Both the position numbers and the translations under genes were made by a program. From a virus, in the IMG/VR virus record IMGVR_UViG_3300045988_125846, positions 91,523 through 155,522 of that record: 64,000 nucleotides of DNA. One strand, 5' to 3'. This document shows positions 47,743 to 57,528 of this stretch, one piece after another (the first letter of the stretch is position 1; each line of letters starts with the position of its first letter). The notes beneath the pieces were generated by a model. It saw only the letters and a list, made by a program, of their open reading frames with translations. It had not been told where the DNA came from and did not search any database.

Positions 47743-48753
47743 ATGGAAGATATTAAAACAAGTCCGAAAAGTTTAAGATCGTTGGTTGGTGAAATCAATA
47801 AGGGAAAATATAATTTTGACTTACCAATTCAACGTAGAGCTGGTATTTGGAAACCAAAAGAGAAGTCATTGTTTATTGATACTTTGTTAAGAAACTACCC
47901 TATTTACCCTGCACTTGTGAATAAACACAGTGACACAAAAGAGATTGATGTAGTTGATTTTAAGCAACGTTTTACTACAATCGCAGCCTTTGCTAATGAC
48001 GAATTTAAATTATCAAAGAATTTAAAACCATTAACAATTGATGGGACTGAATACGAAATCGCAGGAAAGAAATTTTCTAAGCTTGACGAAGCTGTTCAGT
48101 CAAGATTTAATGACAGAGATATTTCTATTATAACAATGACAGATGCAACCGAAGAAGAAATTGTTGATATTTTTGAAAGAATAAATATGGGACACCAACT
48201 TTCAAACGGACAGAAAAGAAGCACTATTGAAAGCAATGAAGTTAGAAAAATTATTTACTCTATTGCTGATCATCCATTCTTTGAAAAAGTTTTATCTCCT
48301 GCTCAGTTTAAAAAGAACCTTGACAGAGATATTGTTATTCAATGTTTAATGCTTACAGAAAAGACAGATAAAAACAATTTTACTTCATTTAGAGATGTAG
48401 ATATGAATAAATTTATTATGTATTATAATGATAAGATTGCAGATCCAAATGAAAAACAATTTGCAGAAAAGAAAATTGAAAATCTGCGCAAAGCATTAGA
48501 TAAGTTGAATGAAGAACTTCCAGAAGATGTAAAAATAAAAGCAAGTACAATTCCAATGTGCATTTATGGAATGTACCGTATGGTTAGAGATTCTAAATCT
48601 ACTTCTAAATATATGGAATGGTTGAACAAATTTTTAGCATCATATGATACGAACTTGGATTATTTGCAATACTGCTCTAATGGAACATCTAATAGCGATA
48701 TGGTAAATGGACGATTGCAGTTCTTTAAAGATGCTATAAAGGAAATTGGATAA
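47743..48753 (+). CDS. DUF262 (ParB-like NTPase/nuclease superfamily, GmrSD N-terminal type) protein
   Basis: Start moved to the ATG after AGGAGG. FDLPIQRRAGIWKPKEKSLFIDTLLRNYPIYP and VVDFKQRFTTI (DGQQR-like) motifs. No DUF1524/HNH half. Confidence 0.6.
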   Translation: MEDIKTSPKSLRSLVGEINKGKYNFDLPIQRRAGIWKPKEKSLFIDTLLRNYPIYPALVNKHSDTKEIDVVDFKQRFTTIAAFANDEFKLSKNLKPLTIDGTEYEIAGKKFSKLDEAVQSRFNDRDISIITMTDATEEEIVDIFERINMGHQLSNGQKRSTIESNEVRKIIYSIADHPFFEKVLSPAQFKKNLDRDIVIQCLMLTEKTDKNNFTSFRDVDMNKFIMYYNDKIADPNEKQFAEKKIENLRKALDKLNEELPEDVKIKASTIPMCIYGMYRMVRDSKSTSKYMEWLNKFLASYDTNLDYLQYCSNGTSNSDMVNGRLQFFKDAIKEIG

Positions 48754-48760
48754 AAGATAA

Positions 48761-48788
48761 AGAGTAGTCGATTGACTACTCTTTTAAT
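48761..48788. terminator. bidirectional terminator between convergent genes
   Basis: 9-bp stem AGAGTAGTC/GACTACTCT with loop GATT; A/T runs on both sides. Confidence 0.65.
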
Positions 48789-48808
48789 ATGTATGTGTTT
48801 TATTAAAT

Positions 48809-49381
48809 TTATGGGTTACAAACACTACAAGGTTCATATCCTTCTGCTATAGCATCGTTTATATCAATTGCAATTTTACTATTCCATAAATATCTACATC
48901 CATCTTTATGATATTTTGAGCCATTTTCGGTGATATAAACTGTATATGTATTATTTTCTTCAGAATAATCATTATTATAATAATCACTGTCATAATAAGC
49001 ATCTTCATATGATTTATAAGATTCTATTTGTTTTTTAAGATCAGAAATTGTATCATCTTTTTCGTCAAGAAGCTTATTTAGATCATCTATTGTAGATTGT
49101 TTGTCTTTTAAATTAGACAGTTGCTTATCCTTTTCGTTTAATTTTATTTCTAATCCAATTCTATTGTTTGTTAATTCTTTTATTCTGGACAAATATTCAT
49201 TGTTTTTTGATTTTAAATTCGATTTTTCTTTTTGTAACTTTGAATTTTTTGATTTAAGTTCAATTATTTGATTATTTTCTGAATTTAATTCGTATAAAGA
49301 GTAAATATCTGTACCAGTTAATATAGTGATAATTAAAAGTAGAAAAATTACAAGCTTCTTTTCTTTTGTGAATTTTTTCAT
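48809..49381 (-). CDS. membrane-anchored coiled-coil protein with a C-terminal Cys/His metal-binding motif
   Basis: N-terminal TM segment, long Lys/Glu/Asn coiled coil, C-terminus GSKYHKDGCRYL...GYEPCSVCNP. Confidence 0.55.
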   Translation of the reverse strand: MKKFTKEKKLVIFLLLIITILTGTDIYSLYELNSENNQIIELKSKNSKLQKEKSNLKSKNNEYLSRIKELTNNRIGLEIKLNEKDKQLSNLKDKQSTIDDLNKLLDEKDDTISDLKKQIESYKSYEDAYYDSDYYNNDYSEENNTYTVYITENGSKYHKDGCRYLWNSKIAIDINDAIAEGYEPCSVCNP

Positions 49382-49532
49382 AATTAAAACTTCCTTATAA
49401 CTGTTGAAATAAATATATCTAAAAAGAGAATATATAAATATGAGGATAACATAATGTCATCCTCATACCATTGTGCACCGTGTTACACTAAACACTCAAA
49501 TTTTCTAGCAGAAATTAAAATAATTATGTAAG

Positions 49533-49706
49533 TTATTTGCGTTTAATTTTGAACCAGAGATGTTTGCCAGCATGTAGTTCAAAATACTTTACACTTCTTA
49601 CAACATTGCAAGCTAATAATATCGCAATTATTGCAAGTAAGGTAAACGCAAAGGCAATTGCGATCGTGCAAAAACACGAAAGCAAAATTGTAAAAATCTG
49701 TTCCAT
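49533..49706 (-). CDS. 57-aa membrane protein
   Basis: GGGAGGTGAG RBS. One long hydrophobic stretch then a basic tail. Preferred over track ORFs 49537-49731(+) and 49579-49887(-). Confidence 0.5.
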   Translation of the reverse strand: MEQIFTILLSCFCTIAIAFAFTLLAIIAILLACNVVRSVKYFELHAGKHLWFKIKRK

Positions 49707-49915
49707 ATCTCACCTCCCTTCTGATTATTAAGTAATCGTCTGGGGAAGTTATATGGGACAGAACGTCCAGAATTGTATAAACTTCTGATGTGAATACACC
49801 TTCGCTTTCTATGGTTCTAAGCCATTGGTGTATGGTTAATGAGTTACATCTGTATATATACAGGTTAAATTTATTGTAGCACAGCATTACATATTATGAT
49901 AGTCTGAACATATGT

Positions 49916-50386
49916 TTACCATTTTGCTCCACAATTTTTACAGTGCATTGTGTTTCTTACATCTGAACTGAACAATCCAAATATTACACCGCCAAATATT
50001 TTCTTACCAGTTGAAATCTTTTCTACATTAAGTGAGCCACAGGTAGGGCATTTTGGCATGTTCTTACCACCATTGCGAAAAGCTGTTTTAACATCCGCAC
50101 CTTGACGTATTGCATCACCGATAGCCATATCTCGTTCATATTCGGCAGATTTTTGTGCTTTGATTCTGTCTCGATTATTAAAGAGATATTCATCAAATTC
50201 TGGTGAAGATTTTATGCACTCTTCTATGAATTGGTCTTTTTTGTTTTCATTCAAATTATTTTTATAAATTTTTCCATTATATAGTAATAGATATTCTTCA
50301 GGAACTTCATATGTTATAGAGTTGCAAATGTCACATTTTTTTGAATCTATAATTGTTCTTCCACATTTTTTACAATACATTAACAT
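49916..50386 (-). CDS. double zinc-ribbon protein (156 aa)
   Basis: Start moved to MLMYCKKCG... after GGAGGTG. CKKCG..CDIC at the N-terminus, CPTCGS...CKNCG at the C-terminus, with a hydrophobic segment between. Confidence 0.55.
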   Translation of the reverse strand: MLMYCKKCGRTIIDSKKCDICNSITYEVPEEYLLLYNGKIYKNNLNENKKDQFIEECIKSSPEFDEYLFNNRDRIKAQKSAEYERDMAIGDAIRQGADVKTAFRNGGKNMPKCPTCGSLNVEKISTGKKIFGGVIFGLFSSDVRNTMHCKNCGAKW

Positions 50387-50467
50387 GATGACACACCTCC
50401 AATTTATGAAAATTGTATCACATATAATAAAATTCAACAAGTCCTCAAACAACTTGTAATAAAATAG

Positions 50468-53400
50468 TATGATATTCAAAACATTTGACAGTGATAAAGA
50501 TACATTTTCATCGAAATTTGGAATATTGGGGAAATCATTTGAAGATATTGGGAATAGATTTAAAAAAGTTTCTGATGAATTAATTGTGACAAATGATTAT
50601 ACAATATCTAATATTGCAAATGCGTGGAGAAATTCTTCCGTTAAGAAAGACTTAAGTGATAAATTTATTATTACTAAATCTGATATACAAGATAAATTAA
50701 AAGATCTTTCTGTTTATGAAAAAAATCCGCAAGGTATTTTAGATAATCTATTGGAACAAAAAGAATTAGTTGATTCTAATCAGTCTAGTTGGCAAAAATA
50801 CTTTGAAGGATTATCAGAAGGTGAAAAATGGCAAACAAAATTCGTTCAAGAAAATGACTTGACCAAAGTATCTCTTGATGATGTAAAAAATGCTCAGAAT
50901 GCAGCAAAACAGTCTGCTATTGCTTACAATAATGGATTAGAGCAAATGACCATTAGTGCTAAAACTGCTAACATTGCTTTAGAAGGATTAAAGATGGCAG
51001 CAAATATGATTGTTGGTATGCTTGTCGCAGAAGGCATCAAACTGGCTATCACAGCAATAGATAACTGGATTCATCGTGTAGAAAAAGCAAATGACGCAAT
51101 GGATGAAGCTGTAAGTAAGTATGATTCTGCTAAAACAGCATTAAAAGATACAACCTCTCAATTAGAAGAACAAAATAAACGTATTGATGAACTCAATAAA
51201 AAAGATAAACTCACATACGTTGAACAGGAAGAATTAGACAAATTAAAAGAAGCTACTCGACAGTTAGAACTTCAAAAAAATATTGAAGAAAAAGAGAAGG
51301 CTAATTCTGCACGAGAGGCGGCAGATAAAACAGTAACTGCATTTAATAAACAATATGGGAAAGGTGATATTGATAAAAATGCGGTTGATACTCAACTTGC
51401 TCAGTCAAAAGCAACTGGTGTATTTCAGGAAGCTCGAAACAGCGATGATATTGTTGGCAATTTAGCATCTTTTGAATATTATACGGAGCAGATGGAAAAG
51501 ACACAAAAGAGATATAACAAAGCCTTGAAATCTGGTTCTAAGGATGATATTAAGTATTATGAAGAGAATTTACAAGATTATATTGATACTGTAGATGAAT
51601 ATACAACATCATTAAATAATAATATTGAAGATCTCACAAAGAAGAAGAACAATCTTCAAGATGCCTATGATAATGCTGTCAAAAAGAAGTCTAATGGAGA
51701 ATCTTTGTCTTCCGATGAAAAAAATACAATTTCAAAATATCAAGAAATTGCAGACATAATTAAGTTAATCTACTCTTACACTGACGAAGCAGGATGGAAT
51801 AATTCTCAGATTTCAGAAATTTTCAATACAAACGGAATTGAAAAATCAAAAGAAGATCTTCAACAATTGGCACAAGAAGGTAAGCTTACAGAGGAAGAAT
51901 TACAAAAATATCCTAACCTCATAAATGCGATTAATAGCGCAGAGTTTTTAGGAGAAAAAGATTCTAATCTTAAAGTTTTCTGTAATGATTTGAACGCTGG
52001 TGTAGATGCCATTGAAGATACGGGTAATGCTGCTGATTCTGCTACCCCATCTATCGCTTCTTTTGACGAAGCATGGCTCAATCTCAAAAATACAGACAAC
52101 TCAGATTTAAAAGGTGCGGCAGATGACCTTCTTGACCTTGCAAATGCAGGACAATTAACAGGAAACGCACTTGAAAGTTTGGCTGGTGGTCAGCAGTTGA
52201 TGAATGAAACAGGTTTATCAGCAGAGGCACTTGCACAAAAAATTAACGGTCTTGTAAACGCTTCTACACAACTCTCTTCTATGTCTGCACAGATTTCTAA
52301 GATGTCTGATATGCTTGCTGACAAGAAGAATGGTACAGTTGCATCCGCTTCTGATTTAGCAGGATTTGATGTTTCAGTCCGTGGTCTTGAATCTTGGGAT
52401 AAGTTTGAAGAGGTAATGGGTAGTTCTGAATCTAGCATGGATCAGTGCCAGAAAGCTGCCAATGCTCTTGCTACTGAATGGGTAAACGATGGCAATTTCT
52501 TGGCAAACCTTACTGATGAAAACAAACAGTATTATATCACTCAGCTTGAAGATATGGGTGTTAAAAATGCCGAGCAAATTGTAACAGAGGCTTTGACAAA
52601 AAAGGAAGAAGAACTTAGATTTGAAAAACTTCTTTCTGCCGATGCATCCACAGATTTGCAAAATGCCACAGTTGCTGATATTCTTAAACTTCAAAATCTT
52701 GGTGATATTACAGAACAGGAAAAAGCAAAACTTGCAGCTTTCACATTAGAAAAACAGTATTGTAACAAAAACACTATTGTAACTGATGCAGATTGTCAAA
52801 ATATTTACACTCTTGCTAAAATGGCTGGCGCAGGTACAGAAGCTTTAAATAAACTTGCAGCATTAAAACAAAGACTATCAGACAATCCAATTATGTCTAA
52901 TGAAATGCGCAACAATATTAACAGTGCAATTCAAGGCATTGTAAATGGTGTAACAACTTCTGCTGGTGCAAAGTTAGATATACCACAAGTGAAAGTAAAT
53001 TCTTCTGGTTCATCAAGTTATAAATCTCCGTCATCAAAAAAATCAAAATCTAAATCAAAAACAAAGTCTGACGCTGCCGAAGTATTTGATTTTATTGAGA
53101 TTAAACTTAACAATCTTACAGACAAGGCTTCAAAAGCAAAGGATAAAATTGATGATCTTCTCACATTTGGTCAGAAGAAAAATCAAACCAAAAAAGCTAT
53201 TGAAGCTACTACCAAAGCTATTACTGCACAGGAAAAAGCATACAAGAAATACATGGCATATGCCAATAAAGCTGCGAAAACACAGAACAGTAAAAAGACA
53301 ACTTCTTCATCCTCCTCATCTTCTTCAGGTGGAAACGCTGTATATGATACTGCTACAGATTATCTTGGGCTGAAATATGTTTGGGGTGGAGCAAGTCTTA

Positions 53401-56400
53401 CGAAAGGTGCTGACTGTTCTGGATTTACACAGCAGATTTATAAGAAGTTTGGTGTAAGTTTACCACATCATGCGGCTGACCAGGCTAAGATGGGAACAAA
53501 AATCACATCGAAGAAAAATTTGCAAGCTGGTGACTTAGTATTCTTTGGTAGTAAGAGCAACATCACACATGTAGGTATTTATGGTGGAGACGATAAGTTT
53601 ATTGAATCCCCTCATACTGGTGCATCTGTAAGAGTTTCCAAGCTTTCATCTCGTAAGGATTTTGTATCTGGTTCACGTTTTAGTGGAATAAGTGGTTCTA
53701 CAAAGACAAGCGGAAAGAATGTAAAAAAGGTCAAAGGTGTATCATCCAAGACACTTGAACATTATAAGAGACTTATCCGTGAAGGAACACTTGGTTCAGA
53801 TGGTATTGCTTCTATTAAGAATGAAAACCTGAAAAATGCATTAAAGGATTATCAGACCTATTATGAGAAAGCAAAAGCTTGTAAGGAACAAGTTGCCAGT
53901 CTTACGGATCAATTAAAGGATTTATATGAGACTTTAGCGAACAACCCGGTTGACAATGCTTCTGATAAGATTGAAAAACTTGGAACTAAGATGGATATTC
54001 TGAATGCCAAGGTAGGTAATCTTACATTTAATCCAACAAAGAAAATCAGTACATCTGACATTGATGATTTGTATAAACAGATTATTAAGAACTACGATAG
54101 TCAGTTGTCAGCTTCAAAAACTGCTTATACTGGTGCAACAAAGAGTTATAAATCCAATAAGAGTTCTCTTACAAAGTCTCTTAAAAAAACAAAAGCTAAA
54201 AACATTGGTCTTACTCAAAAGGAATTTAATTCTATTAAGAGTAATTTAAAATCCAATAAGTCAATTTCGTATAATCTTATTAACAAGATTGAAAATGACA
54301 GTCTTAGGGAAAAGTGCATAGCACATAATGAATATCTTCTTGCAAAGAATACCGCAACTGATAATTATAATCAGGCTAAAGAGGATCACACTTCTAATGT
54401 GCGTCAGGTTAGAAAAGACCGCTTTGATGATGTACAGGAACGGTACGACAATAAAGCTGGGCTGATTGAGCAGAGAAAGAACGCTGTCTCCAATTCTCTT
54501 AATATAGCTGAAGCAAAAGGTCAGTTGATTGGTGAGGCTTACTATACACGTCAGGCAAATGCTGTCAAATCTGACATGAAGCTTAAACAAGAAGAAGCTG
54601 GAAAACTTGCAAAGAAATTATCTACAATTAAGTTTGGCAGTAATGAATGGTATGAAGCGCAAGAAGCTTTAAATGGTGTCTATGAAGCCATTCAACAGGA
54701 CGAACAGGAACTTGCAGAGTTTCAAAAATCTATCAATGAGTTGAAGTTTGACCGTTTTGACGAGTTACTTAATAAGCTTGGAGACATCACAGACGAGACG
54801 GATTTCTTAATTGATATGCTTGATTCTGACAATCTGTTTGACAGTGATACAGGAATGATTACGCAGGATGGCATTACTGCTATGGGATTGACTGCACAGA
54901 ATTATGATACATATCTTGCGGAGGCTCAAAAGTACAAAGATGCTATTGCTGATCTGAATGAGATGTATAATAGTGGAAAAATTGGTCTTACTGATTATAA
55001 CTCTAAACTTCGTGAATATCAGCAAGGTCAACGTGATTCTATTAAGTCCGCAAATGAAGCGAAGAAGTCGTTAGTTGCTTATGTAAAGCAAGGATTAGAT
55101 GCGCAGAATGATGCTTTGGAAGAAGCAATTTCGAAGAAAAAGGAATTGTTAGAAACAGAGAAGGACTTAAAGGATTTTCAGGATAAGATTGCTGATCAAA
55201 ACAAGAACATTGCTAATTTGCGCAAGCAGATTGCGGCACTGGAAGGTGATTCATCAGAATCGAATCGTAAAAGGCTTCAGCAATTGAAATCCGATTTGAA
55301 AGATGCCGAAAAAGAACAGTCAGATACTTTGTACGATCGTTCCGTATCCGACCAAGAAAAAGCTCTCGATGATATGCTCACCAAGAGTAAAGAGTCTGCC
55401 GAAAGTTATTTAAAGGATACCAATAAGGTATTCTCTGATGCTCTCACATATGTTAATGCTAACTCTTCACAGGTTGCATCAAACATTGAGAAAATTGCAA
55501 AGGATACTGGATATGATGTATCTACTTATATTGTGAATGCTTGGAAAGACGGTGGAAACGCTGTAGGCGATTATGCAAGCACATTATCGTCTAACGTATC
55601 TGGTATTACAGCACAACTTAGTTTGATTGCATCTTCATGGCAATCTATTTGTGATGCTGCTGACAGAGCCGCTGAAGCAAGTGCCAAGTATGCAGAGACA
55701 AAAGTTACAGACACACAAGGCATTGGATCGCCAAACGATTCAGGAACTTCAAGCGGAAACGGTTCTGTTTCTTCTGGAAGTAATGATGATGACAAGCAAC
55801 AGGAATTGAATAAACTCAGAAAGAAAGCAAATGATATTACAGAATGGATATCTAAGCATTCAGTATCGGCAACACACAAGAAATCGTATTACGGTGCTCT
55901 TAATCAGTACCTTTATGAGAAACAGCATAAACAAGTTCTAAGTAAGGCTAATGAAGTTGCTCTTGCGAAGAAACTTGGTGTATCTGTAAAAAGTGATTTG
56001 TCTGGTAAAAACGATAGAGAGAAAATTACTTCAGCTCTCAAGAAACTTATAAAAGACGCTTCGTTCTCAACTGGCGGTGTGATTAAGGATCTTGTTAAAC
56101 TTTCTGGTGAAGATGGTATTAGTTTCTTACAACGTGGCGAAGCTGTACTTTCTAAGGAACAGACACAAGCATTGTTGAATTTTAAGCCTGTTATTCCACA
56201 GATTAACTCTATTATTGGCAATCTGAAGAACATTCCAGAGAAAGTTTCATCACAATCTCCTACTTATCAAATCGACAACAGAACTATTGTTGAAGGTGTC
56301 GCTACAGACCAGATTGTTAAACAAATGGAAGGTGTTGCTCAGAAACAGGCTGAAAATGTTGTAAGAAAGATCAACCAAGCAACTTATGCCAAAGGTGTAA

Positions 56401-56408
56401 GAAAATAA
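50468..56408 (+). CDS. tail tape-measure protein, exon 3 (with an embedded NlpC/P60 peptidase domain)
   Basis: No RBS before the ATG at 50469. Long coiled-coil protein. YLGLKYVWGGASLTKGADCSGF...GDLVFF...HVGIYGG at about 53.35-53.68 kb. Confidence 0.75.
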
Positions 56409-56413
56409 TTTAT

Positions 56414-56442
56414 GGAGAGGATGTAATAGTCCTCTCCTATTT
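56414..56442 (+). terminator. intrinsic terminator carrying CTCTCCTATTT
   Basis: GGAGAGGA/TCCTCTCC stem followed by TATTT. Confidence 0.65.
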
Positions 56443-56458
56443 GATTGGAGGAAAACAT

Positions 56459-56713
56459 ATGTCAGAAGTGACTAATGAAAGAAAAGTAAGTATTCTCGAA
56501 AAACTGCTTCTTGAACGTGATGAACAGATTCGGAAGTTACAGGAAGAGAACACTGAATTAGAGAAAGAAATTGAAAGTTTTGGAAATGATATTCAGGAAT
56601 TACAAGATATTATTTCTGAGACACAAAAGTTAAATAGAGAGTTTTCTGGCACTAACAGAGAAATGAAAAAACTCAAAAAGAAATATGAAAAAGAAATGAA
56701 GAAAATGATGTAA
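56459..56713 (+). CDS. coiled-coil small protein (84 aa)
   Basis: Start moved to the ATG after GGAGGAAAA. Confidence 0.5.
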   Translation: MSEVTNERKVSILEKLLLERDEQIRKLQEENTELEKEIESFGNDIQELQDIISETQKLNREFSGTNREMKKLKKKYEKEMKKMM

Positions 56714-56730
56714 AAAGAAAGGAGGTTACC

Positions 56731-57528
56731 ATGACAATTCAAACTCGTGGTTTTACTTTTGATAATAAGACATCCGATGAGTATGGACTGATGGTATGTG
56801 AATTTGACGGGAATACTCCATCTGATACAATAGGTGGCAATATTGAATTTACACTAACCTCCTCTCCTATTCAAAATAGATGGTGTAAAAATGGAAATGC
56901 AAATTATTCAGAAGCGATTAAGTTTGAATTCCAAGTTATGAAACAGAATTTTGAGCCAATTGATTCATATGAGTATTCTGCAATTGCTCGATGGTTACAG
57001 AGGAAAGATGATTATAAGGAATTCACAGTTACACGATTAGATTATGATACAGTTCATTTTAACGCACAATTAAATGTATCCCCTATTTCTATAGCTGGTG
57101 ATATTATGGGAATTGCAATCACAGGGATAACCGATGCTCCATTTGGATTTGGACAGTTAATAACATTAAAAGCAACAACAGAAAATGGTATTGGTGTGCT
57201 AAAACTTGTAGATATGAGTGATGAAATTGGTTATATTTATCCCGATATAGAAATCGACATTTCCAGTGATTGTAACCTTAAAATTACCAATGAAACATCG
57301 GGTGAATTTTTTAAGCTGGATAATTGCATAAATAATGAAGTTATAAAAATTGATGGAACAATCTTAGAAATCACTTCTACAGCTATATCCCATAAAATCT
57401 ATAATGATACAAACTACAAAATACCACGTATTGTAAACGACTTAAATAAAAGGACAAATATATTTAAAATTGATGGTAATTGCACTCTTACGATGAAATA
57501 TAGACCAATAAGGAAGGTGGTGATCTGA
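56731..57528 (+). CDS. distal tail protein (Dit)
   Basis: Lies immediately after the TMP. The N-terminus (RGFTFDNKTSDEYGLMV) is typical of siphophage Dit. Confidence 0.6.
   Translation: MTIQTRGFTFDNKTSDEYGLMVCEFDGNTPSDTIGGNIEFTLTSSPIQNRWCKNGNANYSEAIKFEFQVMKQNFEPIDSYEYSAIARWLQRKDDYKEFTVTRLDYDTVHFNAQLNVSPISIAGDIMGIAITGITDAPFGFGQLITLKATTENGIGVLKLVDMSDEIGYIYPDIEIDISSDCNLKITNETSGEFFKLDNCINNEVIKIDGTILEITSTAISHKIYNDTNYKIPRIVNDLNKRTNIFKIDGNCTLTMKYRPIRKVVI

Larger units (their letters stand above)
46484..50467 (+). mobile_element. group I-like intervening element 2 (3,984 nt) carrying cargo genes
   Basis: P1: TTACGT (46478-83) pairs with GCGTAA (46488-93), with U.G at the splice site. Terminal G at 50467. 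Frame preserved (GT+T). R-like GTTCAGAGAGTCTAAACG at 46858-75. Dense GAAA-capped hairpins across 46.5-47.1 kb. Boundaries are good to only about 5 nt. Confidence 0.55.

Noticed and set aside
49537-49887. Track ORFs 49537-49731(+) and 49579-49887(-)
   Set aside because: Neither has an SD sequence. A 57-aa minus-strand ORF in another frame (49533-49706) has a perfect GGGAGGTGAG RBS and a clear TM segment, so I preferred it.
50469-50471. ATG 50469 as the independent start of a 1,979-aa protein
   Set aside because: It has no SD sequence and lies 82 nt from the divergent gene's start. The N-terminus continues the TMP logically. I treat it as exon 3 rather than a separate gene.
51860-56233. Numerous 60-110-aa antisense or off-frame ORFs inside large genes (for example 51860-52099, 52374-52694, 54261-54590, 55913-56233; also 11350-11652, 25340-25651, 59055-59426)
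   Set aside because: They are shadow ORFs within well-supported long coding frames. They have no RBSs and low-complexity composition.
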